Positions 36,970-45,739 of a DNA stretch of 62,252 nucleotides are shown one piece after another. The stretch is from NCBI GenBank assembly GCA_039798785.1, contig JBDKFG010000025.1, forward strand, positions 2,776 to 65,027, written 5' to 3'. Made by a program: the position numbers and the translations under genes. The notes beneath the pieces are model-generated. The model was given only the letters and a program-made list of their open reading frames with translations, had not been told where the DNA came from and ran no database searches. Numbering within the stretch: the first letter of the stretch is position 1; the number at the start of each line of letters is the position of its first letter. Source of the DNA: Verrucomicrobiota bacterium (GTDB lineage: Bacteria; Verrucomicrobiota; Lentisphaeria; Lentisphaerales; Lentisphaeraceae).

Positions 36970-39906
36970 TCATTCCCCGCGGAACAGTTTTTCGACTGCG
37001 GCGCAAAGTTGACTGGCCTTGTAAGGCTTGCCGATGTAGCTGGCGTGCTGCTGGAGGAGGAGTCGGTCGATGCTGCCGCTGCGGTCGAAGCCCGAGGCGA
37101 TGAGGATGGGGATGTCTGGATTGATATCGCGCAGCTTGGCGAAGGCCTCATGACCGCTCATGCGGGGCATCACCATGTCGAGCAGGATGAGGTCGAAGGC
37201 AGGATCTTCGGTGTAGACCTTGATCGCTTCGAGGCCGTCGCCGGCGATGCGGGTCTCATAGCCGGCTTCGCCGAGGATGTCGGAAGCGAGCTGGGCGAGC
37301 ATGGTCTCGTCGTCGACGATGAGGATGCGGCCTCGCCGCGTCGATCCGGATGGGCTTTCAACGTTGGACTTGTCGTCGGCGGCGGCTTTGGCGAGGGGCA
37401 GGCAGATGCGGAAGCAGGTGCCTTGGCCGGGTTCGCTTGAGACCTCGATGCGGCCGCGAGCCTCCTGAACCGAGGAGTAGACGCTGGCGAGACCGAGGCC
37501 AGTCCCCTTGCCGACGTCCTTGGTGGTGAAGAAGGGATCGAAGATCTTCGGCAGAATCTCCTTGGGGATGCCGGTGCCGGTGTCGCTCACTTCGATGAGG
37601 AGGACTGCGTCGTCGCCCACTCCGTCGTTGCGGGTGGCGAAGGTCAGGCTGCCGCCTTTTGGCATGGCGTCGCGGGCGTTGATGCCGAGATTGATCAAGG
37701 CGTTCTGCAGCATGCTGGCGTCGCCGGTGACCGTGTCGCGCTCGGCCTCGAGCTTGAGGATGATTTCGATGCTGCGGTCGATGCTGCGGTCGAGGATGAC
37801 CGAGCTGGCCTCGACGAGAGGATGGATGCGGATGGCCTCGGACTTGACGACGCTGCGGCGTCCGAAGCTGAGCAGCTTGCGGGTGAGATCGGCGGCGCGT
37901 TCCGCCGCGTCGCGGATCATGTTGAGGTGGCGATGGCAGGCGGGCCTGTCGACGAGCTGGCTCTTGAGGAGCTCGGCGGCGCCGAGGATGGCGCCGAGCA
38001 TGTTGTTGAAGTCATGGGCGACGCCGCCGGCGAGCTGGCCGATGGCGTCCATCTTCTGCGCATGGTTGAGGCGTTCCTGCAGCTGATGCTCCTTGCGGAC
38101 GTCGCGGAAGACCAGGACGGCGCCGAGGATCTGGCCTTCGCCGCCCCGGATCGGGGCGGCGCAGTCGGTGACCAGGATCTCCTGGCCGTCGCGGGAGACG
38201 AGGATGATCTCGCCGGGGAAGGAGCTGCCGGGTTTTCGCAAGAGTGAGGTGATCGGATCGACGAGCGGCCTGCGGCTGTGCTCGTCAAGAAGTCGGAGGA
38301 TCTCCGTGACCGGCCGTCCTCGCGCTTCGGCGAGGGAATAGCCGCAGATCGCCTCGGCGACGGGATTCATCCGGGTGACGATGCCTTCGGCATCGGTGGC
38401 CAGCACGGCTTCGCCGATCGAGTTCAGGGTGATCTGCAGGTCGGTCTCGCGCTGCCGCAGGGCGGCTTCCGAGTTCTTCAAGGAATCGATGTCTGTATGG
38501 GTTCCGACCATCCGGAGGGGGCGACCGGCAGGATCTCGGGAGACGACCTCGCCGACGGAGAGGATCCATTTCCACGAGCCGTCGGCGCAGCGCTGGCGGA
38601 ATTCGACGCGGTAGTCGGGAGAGGTGCCGGCGAGGTAGTCGCGGAGCTTCTCGTCACAGCGCTTCAGGTCGTCAGGATGCAGGCGTTCGAGCCACTGTCC
38701 AGTGCTTTCCTTCAATGTCGCGGGGTCGAGTCCGAGCATGCGAGCGTAGTAGTCGGAAGTGACGGCTACGCCGGTATTGAGATCGAGGTCGTAGAATCCG
38801 ACGCGGCTGCATTCCAAGGCCAGGCGCAAGCGTTCTTCGCTGAGTGCGAGGGCGGCGTCGGCCGCCTGTTTTTGGCGGAGTTGGCTTCGGGTCTCGGCAA
38901 GACTGAACTGCAGCTGGGCGGTGAGCTCGTTGAAGGATTTCGCCAGGGTCCTCAGTTCGCTGCCGCCTTCGAGGGGCAGGTGCTGGACCTCTCCCTGGCG
39001 GGACTGGCGGACCGCCTCGGTGAGGAGCTGGAGGGGACGGCTGAGGCGCGAGGCGACCAGGTGGATGCTGAGCAGCAGCAGCAGCAGCACGGCGCCGAAG
39101 ATCTGCAGCTGGCTGTTCATCAATTTCAGGATCGGCTCCTGATAATCGGCGCGGCTTTGAAAGAGCACGACATGCCAGGACAGCTCCTGCAGATCGAGCC
39201 GGCAAATGCGGTCGTCGTCGGACCAGGAGAGTCCGCTCTCTGCGGGAAGATGCCTCGGCGGAGTGCCGGCGATCAAGGTGCCGCCGGCATCGATCAGGGA
39301 AGCCTTGACCTTGGGCTTGAAGGCGGAGCTGTGCCGGTCCAGGTAGTTCTCAAACAGCGAGCTGTCGATGAGGATGCGGACACAGCCGACGACGCTCTTT
39401 CGTCCGTCGCGGACAGGGGCTGCCAAGATGTAGGTCGACTGCTTGGAGTCGAGGGAGAATTCAGTTGCCAGCGCTCCGCTTTCCATCGCCTTGCGGAACC
39501 CGGAGGAGGCCGACTCATCCCTGCCTTCCCAAAGCAGGTGGCTGTCGATCACGTTCCGACCGCTTCTGTCGAGAAGCGCGACGGAGCGGATGTGGATCGG
39601 ATCGTAAGCCGTCATCTCGCCGACGATGACATTGAGCTCTGAACGGAGGGCCTTGCGTCCGTCAGGCGAGGCGACGAGAAAGGCACTCAGCTCCTGATGC
39701 TGGCTGTCGATGCGCAGGTTTTCCAGCTTATTGCGGATCTCGGCGTCAAAGATGATCCGCAAGGACTCGGTCCAAGCTCGGATCTGGTGATCGGCTTCCT
39801 TTTCGAGCTGGGATTTCTGCACCCGGTATTGCCAGGTCATGAGAAGGGAGAGCGGGGCGAGAATAAGGCCCAGGAAGCTCAGCAGGATCTGGGTGCGGAT
39901 CTTCAT
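36970..39906 (-). CDS. Hybrid sensor histidine kinase (periplasmic Cache-like, HAMP, 2x PAS, HisKA, HATPase, REC)
   Basis: [52 protein letters not shown] coupling to the upstream gene. Confidence 0.93.
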   Translation of the reverse strand: MKIRTQILLSFLGLILAPLSLLMTWQYRVQKSQLEKEADHQIRAWTESLRIIFDAEIRNKLENLRIDSQHQELSAFLVASPDGRKALRSELNVIVGEMTAYDPIHIRSVALLDRSGRNVIDSHLLWEGRDESASSGFRKAMESGALATEFSLDSKQSTYILAAPVRDGRKSVVGCVRILIDSSLFENYLDRHSSAFKPKVKASLIDAGGTLIAGTPPRHLPAESGLSWSDDDRICRLDLQELSWHVVLFQSRADYQEPILKLMNSQLQIFGAVLLLLLLSIHLVASRLSRPLQLLTEAVRQSRQGEVQHLPLEGGSELRTLAKSFNELTAQLQFSLAETRSQLRQKQAADAALALSEERLRLALECSRVGFYDLDLNTGVAVTSDYYARMLGLDPATLKESTGQWLERLHPDDLKRCDEKLRDYLAGTSPDYRVEFRQRCADGSWKWILSVGEVVSRDPAGRPLRMVGTHTDIDSLKNSEAALRQRETDLQITLNSIGEAVLATDAEGIVTRMNPVAEAICGYSLAEARGRPVTEILRLLDEHSRRPLVDPITSLLRKPGSSFPGEIILVSRDGQEILVTDCAAPIRGGEGQILGAVLVFRDVRKEHQLQERLNHAQKMDAIGQLAGGVAHDFNNMLGAILGAAELLKSQLVDRPACHRHLNMIRDAAERAADLTRKLLSFGRRSVVKSEAIRIHPLVEASSVILDRSIDRSIEIILKLEAERDTVTGDASMLQNALINLGINARDAMPKGGSLTFATRNDGVGDDAVLLIEVSDTGTGIPKEILPKIFDPFFTTKDVGKGTGLGLASVYSSVQEARGRIEVSSEPGQGTCFRICLPLAKAAADDKSNVESPSGSTRRGRILIVDDETMLAQLASDILGEAGYETRIAGDGLEAIKVYTEDPAFDLILLDMVMPRMSGHEAFAKLRDINPDIPILIASGFDRSGSIDRLLLQQHASYIGKPYKASQLCAAVEKLFRGE

Positions 39907-40898
39907 GGCAGGAGGGATTCGTCGACCAGGGTTTTTGCTTCGGGAGGCCGGGTGATGCGGCCAGTGGCCTTGAAGTGCTCGATGTAGAGCTGGCAAGTCG
40001 ACTCGAGACTGCCGTCATCCTTCATCGCCAGCCTAGCCTCATCGAGAGTGATCAGGCGGATTCCGGCGGTCGAAATCTCCTCGGGCTTGATCGTGAGGCG
40101 GGGGTCGCCGCTGGCTGCCGCCATCCGCTGCAATCGTTCATGGATCAGCCGCTTGCCTGCATCGGGATTCTGGATCCACCATTTCTGGGCCCGATACCAG
40201 GAGGCATGCAGATGACGCCAATCGGACTTGCGCACCTGGAGACTTTCGGAACGCAGGATCAGACCGTCGCAGATCAGGCCGGGACACTCAGCAGTGGTGG
40301 CGATGACCCTTCCGCCAGCGGCGACCGCGTTTTCGGTATACGGAGACCAGGTGTGCACCACATCGACCTTGCCGGACTTGAGCATCCCGGGGGCATCGGC
40401 GGCATCGACATGAAGAAGATTGACGTCTTTGAAGTTCAAGCCTTTCTTTTTCAGGAAGTCATCGATGAAAAGTTCGCCGAAAGAGCCGGTGTGAGTGCTG
40501 AAACGGAGACCTTTGAGAGGTGCATCCGCCGCCAGGCCAGGACGGGCGATGAGATGATCTCCGCCTTCCGAGATGTCACTGAAAAGCGTCATGTGGAGGT
40601 CGGGCGCGTCGCGAGTGGCGATGACCACATCGGCGAGGGAGCAGCAGATGCCATCCAAACGCTTGGAGGTGAAATCACGCACCATTCCGGAGGTGTCGGA
40701 AGGTATGGTGATTTGAACCTGGACTCCGCCCTCCTTCAGATATCCCAGTTCATCCGCCAAGATCAAAGGATAGAAACCGGCCCAGAGATCCATCCCGATG
40801 CGAAGAGGAGATTGGGGCTTGGCCACCACCGCCTCCGGTTGGGCTTTTTCGCCGCAGGCAAGGAAGAGGAGCAGAAAGATAAAGCCGACGCGCTTCAT
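39903..40898 (-). CDS. NMT1/THI5-like ABC-type substrate-binding lipoprotein
   Basis: Lipobox FLAC; W.GF.P..LA..LGY, DISEGGD, TWSPY, PGLI.D. Confidence 0.82.
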   Translation of the reverse strand: MKRVGFIFLLLFLACGEKAQPEAVVAKPQSPLRIGMDLWAGFYPLILADELGYLKEGGVQVQITIPSDTSGMVRDFTSKRLDGICCSLADVVIATRDAPDLHMTLFSDISEGGDHLIARPGLAADAPLKGLRFSTHTGSFGELFIDDFLKKKGLNFKDVNLLHVDAADAPGMLKSGKVDVVHTWSPYTENAVAAGGRVIATTAECPGLICDGLILRSESLQVRKSDWRHLHASWYRAQKWWIQNPDAGKRLIHERLQRMAAASGDPRLTIKPEEISTAGIRLITLDEARLAMKDDGSLESTCQLYIEHFKATGRITRPPEAKTLVDESLLP

Positions 40899-41016
40899 GA
40901 TGTCACTCCTTTGGAGATGATTCCAAGGCATTATACATCCAAGGCTTGCCGGATTGCAACAAAGACCGGAGCCCCCTTGCGGAAACCCCGGTCTTATTTT
41001 CAGGGAATGTGCCTTT

Positions 41017-42069
41017 TCAGGAAAACGCCATGATTCCTTCCATCCTCCGGCCGGGGCCGGGTTCTCCGGGGGCCAGGAAAACCACGCCCTCGGAAACGAC
41101 GGCGCAGCCGCTGGTCGCGGGAGCGGGGAAAGGCAGGGCTACCGGACCATGCCAGGACTCGCCTCTGCTGTCCCAGAGATAGGCCTGCCTGGGGAAGCCC
41201 GGATGATCGCGCAACAGGGCGTCTGCCTTTGCCTCAAGCGGGCGGGCGGCCTCGATGTCGCCGGAGGCGCGGGCGGCTCCTCCCCGTTTACCGTAGTCAA
41301 GGCGCTCGAAGAGTCCGGCGCCGTCGTCACCAGGGAAGACCAGCCATTCACCGTTGTCGAGTCGGGAGGCGCAGGGCGCCATCATCGGACGGGGGAGAAC
41401 GGCTGGCTCCCAGGAACGGCTCGACCATCGGTACAGCCAGGCGTCGACATGAATGTCGATGCGACCTCCACCTTCGTAGCGGCCCCCGGCAAGCAGCAGC
41501 CCGTGCTCACCTTCAAGCAGCAGGGGCAGGATGCGCGCCGGACCCGGGATCTCGGGGAGGGTCTCGAACTCGCCGCTGCTGAGATCGCACAAGAGGACGC
41601 TCTTGAGATTGCCGCTGCCGTCATCGCCGCCGCCGATGGCGAGGCGTCCGTCGGTGAGGGGGCAGAAGCCGGCGAGCTTGCGCGGGTTCGGCAGAGACCA
41701 GGCGGCGGCCCGGACCGCGCCTGTGTCGTCGACGGTGCTGACCTGGGCGAGGGCCTTGCCGTCGGCGCCTTCGCCGCCGAGAATGTAGAAATTCGCGCCG
41801 GCGCTGCCGCAGGCGGCGTAGGCGAGGGGAATGGCCAGCCTCAGGGAGCGGACTGGCTTGAGCCGGGCGCCCTCCTGCACGAAGAGCGTCACCTCGTCGA
41901 AATAGCTCTTGCCGGGGCGGCTGCCGTCTGGTCGCCGCTCCCACAGCTGGCCATTGCGGAAGCCGCAGCCGCCGGCGAGAACGAAGAGTTCGCCGGCCTT
42001 GCCAAAGGCGGCGCCGGCGTTGGGGCCGCAGGCGACGGCCTGGATCCATTGCTGTTCAGATGCGATCAT
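41017..42069 (-). CDS. NanM-like Kelch-repeat protein (no signal peptide)
   Basis: LAGGCGF..G..W, PLAYAA, ILGGE, PGDDG, HPGF, PGEPGPGRR; ATGA overlap with the epimerase stop. Confidence 0.75.
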   Translation of the reverse strand: MIASEQQWIQAVACGPNAGAAFGKAGELFVLAGGCGFRNGQLWERRPDGSRPGKSYFDEVTLFVQEGARLKPVRSLRLAIPLAYAACGSAGANFYILGGEGADGKALAQVSTVDDTGAVRAAAWSLPNPRKLAGFCPLTDGRLAIGGGDDGSGNLKSVLLCDLSSGEFETLPEIPGPARILPLLLEGEHGLLLAGGRYEGGGRIDIHVDAWLYRWSSRSWEPAVLPRPMMAPCASRLDNGEWLVFPGDDGAGLFERLDYGKRGGAARASGDIEAARPLEAKADALLRDHPGFPRQAYLWDSRGESWHGPVALPFPAPATSGCAVVSEGVVFLAPGEPGPGRRMEGIMAFS

Positions 42070-43277
42070 CGTCCGTTTCCTTGAAGCAGGCGCTGGCTGA
42101 TCTGCCAGCAGACCAGCTGCTGGCGGGGCAGGTGGAAGCAGCCTTTCCAGAGGTTGCCCTTGTGGGTGGTGGTGACGCGTCCGTCGCGGGAGAGCCAGCC
42201 GTACCATTCGCCGAACTCGGGGTCGGGGAAGTGCTTGTGGGCCCAGTCGTGCATGTCCTTGTGCCAGGTCAGGTATTTGCGGTCGCCGCTGGCCTCGAAG
42301 GCGAGAAGGGTGGCGATCAGGGCTTCGTTCTGGGGCCACCAGAACTTCATGTCCTGCCAGTATTCCTGGCAGGGCTTGTTCAGCACATCGCGGAAGTAGA
42401 TGATGCCGCCGTACTCCTTGTCCCAGCCCCATTCCCACATCCAGTCGAGGATCTTCAGGCCGAGGGCCTTGAGACGAGGATCCCAGCCGCGCTGGCGCGA
42501 TTCCTCGAGGATGAACCAGGCGGCCTCGATGGCGTGGCCGGGGTTGAGGATGCGGCCGTCGGCGTGGTCGAAGAAGCTGCCGTCGGGCTTGACGGTTTCG
42601 AGCAGGGCCTTGAACTCGGGCTTGAGGTGGAGCTTCTCGAGCTTGTCGATCGACTGGTCGATGAGAGCGGTGTATTCGGCGGCGCGGGAGGGGTCGGATT
42701 CGCGCATCACCTGGGCGCTGACGATGGCGATCATCAGCGGGCCGATGCCGGTCATCGGGCGGTTGTCGACGTCGAACTTGGCGGGGCTGAAGCCGGGCTC
42801 GGTGAAGCCGCGCATCATCAGGGCGAAGACCTCGCGGGCGCGCTGCATCAGGGCGGCGTCGCCGGTGAGCGAGGCGAGCTTGGCGAAGGCGATGCAGGCG
42901 AAGGACTCGCTGTAGACGTAGCGGCGCTTGCGGACCGGCTTGCCTTCGCGGGTGACGTGGAAGAACATCCGGCCGTCCTTGTCGAAGCAGTGCTTCTGGA
43001 GGAAGGCGGCGCCGTGCTTGGCGAGCTCGAGCCACTCGGGGTTCTTCTCGACCTTGTCGTAGGCGTCGGAGAGCATCCAGGTGAAGCGTCCCTGGTGCCA
43101 GACGCCCTTGTCGTCGTCGAAGACCTTGCCTTCGCGGTCGAGGAAGAAGCGGAAGCCGCCGCACTCGCGGTCGGGGGCGTTCCTGGTCCAGAAGGGCATC
43201 ACGTCCTTGACCAGGTCGTGGTGGTAGCGCTCGCCCCAGGCGGCGATCTGCGATTTTTCAGCGGCGGTGAGAGTCAT
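42066..43277 (-). CDS. N-acylglucosamine 2-epimerase (AGE family, Bacteroides-type NanE)
   Basis: MPFW, DK.VW.QGR, NPGHAIEAAWF, KFWWPQNE, GEWYG, KG..WKG.FH.PR. Confidence 0.93.
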   Translation of the reverse strand: MTLTAAEKSQIAAWGERYHHDLVKDVMPFWTRNAPDRECGGFRFFLDREGKVFDDDKGVWHQGRFTWMLSDAYDKVEKNPEWLELAKHGAAFLQKHCFDKDGRMFFHVTREGKPVRKRRYVYSESFACIAFAKLASLTGDAALMQRAREVFALMMRGFTEPGFSPAKFDVDNRPMTGIGPLMIAIVSAQVMRESDPSRAAEYTALIDQSIDKLEKLHLKPEFKALLETVKPDGSFFDHADGRILNPGHAIEAAWFILEESRQRGWDPRLKALGLKILDWMWEWGWDKEYGGIIYFRDVLNKPCQEYWQDMKFWWPQNEALIATLLAFEASGDRKYLTWHKDMHDWAHKHFPDPEFGEWYGWLSRDGRVTTTHKGNLWKGCFHLPRQQLVCWQISQRLLQGNGR

Positions 43278-43328
43278 GGTGTGATGTAACCGTTTACGAG
43301 GTGAATGAGTTCGGTTCGCGGGAGAAAC

Positions 43329-43664
43329 TCACTTCGCCAGGGCGAAGAACTTCTCCGCGGTGATCGCGGTGAGGCCGGCGGCCTTGAGGGCGTCTTCGAC
43401 GTCCTTGCGGAAGAGCTTGGTCTGGCCGTCCTTGACGCTGAGGTTGACCCAGCCGGACTTGGGCAGGACATCGACCTTGGCGATCTTGTCGATCTTCTCC
43501 AGCGCGGCTTTGACGTCCTTCCAGTTGGCCTCGTTGAGGCCCTTCAGGACGCAGCGGTAGGTGACCGCTTCGGCCGGAGCGGCGGCGGGAGCCTTGTCGG
43601 CGGCGATGGCAGGCGCCGGAGCGGCAAGGGCGAGGGAGACATGCAGAAAACAGGCGAGGATCAT
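43329..43664 (-). CDS. Small exported protein with HMA-like ferredoxin fold lacking CxxC
   Basis: Signal peptide, Ala/Pro linker, LKGLNEANW..VK.AL.K...I..V.V...AL..AG pattern. Confidence 0.6.
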   Translation of the reverse strand: MILACFLHVSLALAAPAPAIAADKAPAAAPAEAVTYRCVLKGLNEANWKDVKAALEKIDKIAKVDVLPKSGWVNLSVKDGQTKLFRKDVEDALKAAGLTAITAEKFFALAK

Positions 43665-44611
43665 GGCTTTTTCTCCTTGGTTTCGGGTCCCCAGACGCGG
43701 ACCCAGTCGATTTCGAAGAGTGTCTTGGTGTCCTTGAGCGTTCCGTAGCCGCCGGCGGGCAGCGGGCCGGCCCAGCCGCCGTCCTTGATCTCGCTGGAAA
43801 GGATGATGTAGAGCGGGTGCTCGGTGGCCGGCACCAGCTTGTGGTCGACCTTCCAGAAGGGCTTGCCGTCGATGCGGATGGCGTAGCCCTGCTCGTCCCA
43901 GATCAGCTCATAGACGTGCCAGGCGTCGCCGATGCCGCCGGGAACAGGGTGGTGGTAACCCTTGACTTTGTGCTCCTTGCCGTAGCCGTCCCAGTGGAAG
44001 GCGGCTTCGGAGTAGTCGCGGATGTCACGTCCCTTGGCGTCGAAGTAGCGGTGCTCGACGATGTCGATCTCGAGACCGGCCCGGAGCGGGTCGCCGATCA
44101 TCCTGCCCATGTCCGAACTCATCAGCCAGAAGGCGTTCCACATCCCCGAGGCGCCTTGGCAGCGGAGGCGGGCCTGGAAGCAGCCGCGCGTCTGGGCGAA
44201 GCGCCCCTGGGTCGACACCATGCCGGTCTTGTGGATCCTTTTGCCATCGACGGAGTCTTCGCTCCAGGTGCGGATCTGGAGCTTGCCGTCGACCGCCGAG
44301 ATCGCTTCCGGCACATTGACCGCCCCCTTGCGTGGACCGAGGCCGTGATGACGCCAGCGTTTTTGATCAAAGCTATCGAACTCGTCGTGAAAACGCAGCT
44401 GCCACTCGGCCGGGATTCCGTCCGGGCGCTGAAGTGCTGCGGCTGGCTGTGCTGCCTTTGGGGCTGGCTGTGCTGCCTTTGGGGCTGGCTGTGCTGCCTT
44501 TGGGGCTGGCTGTGCCGGCACCTCTGGTGAGGGCTGCTTTTGTCGCGATTCTGTGCAAGCGGCGAGCAAGCACATGGCGGAAATGGCGAATGTTTTAGCC
44601 GGCCGGATCAT
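43661..44611 (-). CDS. Glycoside hydrolase family 16 lipoprotein
   Basis: Lipobox LAAC; F.DEF, G.WNAFWLM, catalytic EIDIVE, WHVY.L.W, IDWVRVW. Confidence 0.92.
   Translation of the reverse strand: MIRPAKTFAISAMCLLAACTESRQKQPSPEVPAQPAPKAAQPAPKAAQPAPKAAQPAAALQRPDGIPAEWQLRFHDEFDSFDQKRWRHHGLGPRKGAVNVPEAISAVDGKLQIRTWSEDSVDGKRIHKTGMVSTQGRFAQTRGCFQARLRCQGASGMWNAFWLMSSDMGRMIGDPLRAGLEIDIVEHRYFDAKGRDIRDYSEAAFHWDGYGKEHKVKGYHHPVPGGIGDAWHVYELIWDEQGYAIRIDGKPFWKVDHKLVPATEHPLYIILSSEIKDGGWAGPLPAGGYGTLKDTKTLFEIDWVRVWGPETKEKKP
44441..44515. repeat. Perfect 21-bp coding tandem repeat (about 3.6 copies; AQPAPKA linker)
   Basis: ggctggctgtgctgcctttgg x3 plus ggctggctgtgc. Confidence 0.9.
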
Positions 44612-44712
44612 CTGCGACCTCGTTGGGTTTTGCTGTCGTTTCGGTAACAAGCCCCAATCACACGGCCAGGTCGCTCAGAGTGACTGGCCGGCGATTGACA
44701 AAGGGATCAGCT

Positions 44713-45615
44713 TCAGCGCCACTCGAAGTAGCCGATGGCCTTGAGATCGGCGAGCATTTCCTTGACCACTTCGGCGGAGGGGTTGGCGAGGGGGAGGCGG
44801 GTGTAGCCGACCTGGCAGCCGAGTTCGCGGAGGAGGGCCTTGGAGGCGCCGAGGTAGCCACGCTTGGCGAGGGTCTTGACCAGGAGGACCGAGCGGAACT
44901 GCTCTTCGCGGGCGGCTTCGTGGTCGCCGCGGTCGAAGGCGGCCATCAGGCGGGTGTAGACGTTGGGGGCGAAGTTGAAGGTCGAACCGACCGCGCCCTT
45001 GGCGCCGAGGGCGTAGGCGGCGAGGAAGAATTCATCGTTGCCGAAGGGCAGGTCGAAGCGGCCGCCGCAGGCGCGACGGGCGAGCTGGAACTGCATCAGG
45101 TCGGGGTTGGTGAACTTGATGCCGACGAGGTTGGGGATCTGGCTGGCGGCCTTCTCGAGGTACTCGTCCATCGGCAGGTTGACGCCGGTGAGGACGGGGA
45201 TGTCGTAGAAATAGAAGGGCAGCGAGGGGGCGGCGCCGGCGATCTTGGCGGTGGTGGCGACCAGGAGGTCGACGTTGGCGGGCTTGAAGTAGCTGGGAGT
45301 GAGGGCAGAGAAGGCCTTGGCGCCGATCTTCTCGGCGTGGGCGGTAAGCTCGCAGGCGTCTTCGAGGCAGTTCGAGCCGACGTGGACGATGACGTCGATG
45401 CCCTTGCCCTTGGTCTCGCTCATCCAGGCTTCGGCGATCGCCTTGCGCTCGGAGGCCTTGAGGGAGTGCGATTCCCCGGTGCTGCCGCAGATGAAGGCGG
45501 CCTTCAGGCCGACGCGCTGATAGTGGGCGACCTGGCTGGCGACGCCGCTCAGGTCGAGCTCGCCGTTCTGCTTGAAGGGGCTGTGGGCGGCGGGGACGAG
45601 TCCGGTGATCTTCAT
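44713..45615 (-). CDS. nanA: N-acetylneuraminate lyase (DHDPS family)
   Basis: GSTGE, PSYFKP, FYFYDIP, GIKFT, G.DE, GAVGSTFN; sialidase and epimerase context; AAGGAG RBS. Confidence 0.9.
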   Translation of the reverse strand: MKITGLVPAAHSPFKQNGELDLSGVASQVAHYQRVGLKAAFICGSTGESHSLKASERKAIAEAWMSETKGKGIDVIVHVGSNCLEDACELTAHAEKIGAKAFSALTPSYFKPANVDLLVATTAKIAGAAPSLPFYFYDIPVLTGVNLPMDEYLEKAASQIPNLVGIKFTNPDLMQFQLARRACGGRFDLPFGNDEFFLAAYALGAKGAVGSTFNFAPNVYTRLMAAFDRGDHEAAREEQFRSVLLVKTLAKRGYLGASKALLRELGCQVGYTRLPLANPSAEVVKEMLADLKAIGYFEWR

Positions 45616-45739
45616 GATGTCTCTCCTTTTTTTCTTTCGGGTTTTCGCGATCTATGATCTTGTTGAAGTTAATGTATCGGCTTAATTGCAATAAAATCAA
45701 GGGTGATATTCAAGAAAAATCCAACCCAGGAGAAAAAAG

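Noticed and set aside
42070..43164. 715-aa version of the Kelch ORF
   Set aside because: The extension is an out-of-frame read of the epimerase; ATGA coupling supports the start at 42069.
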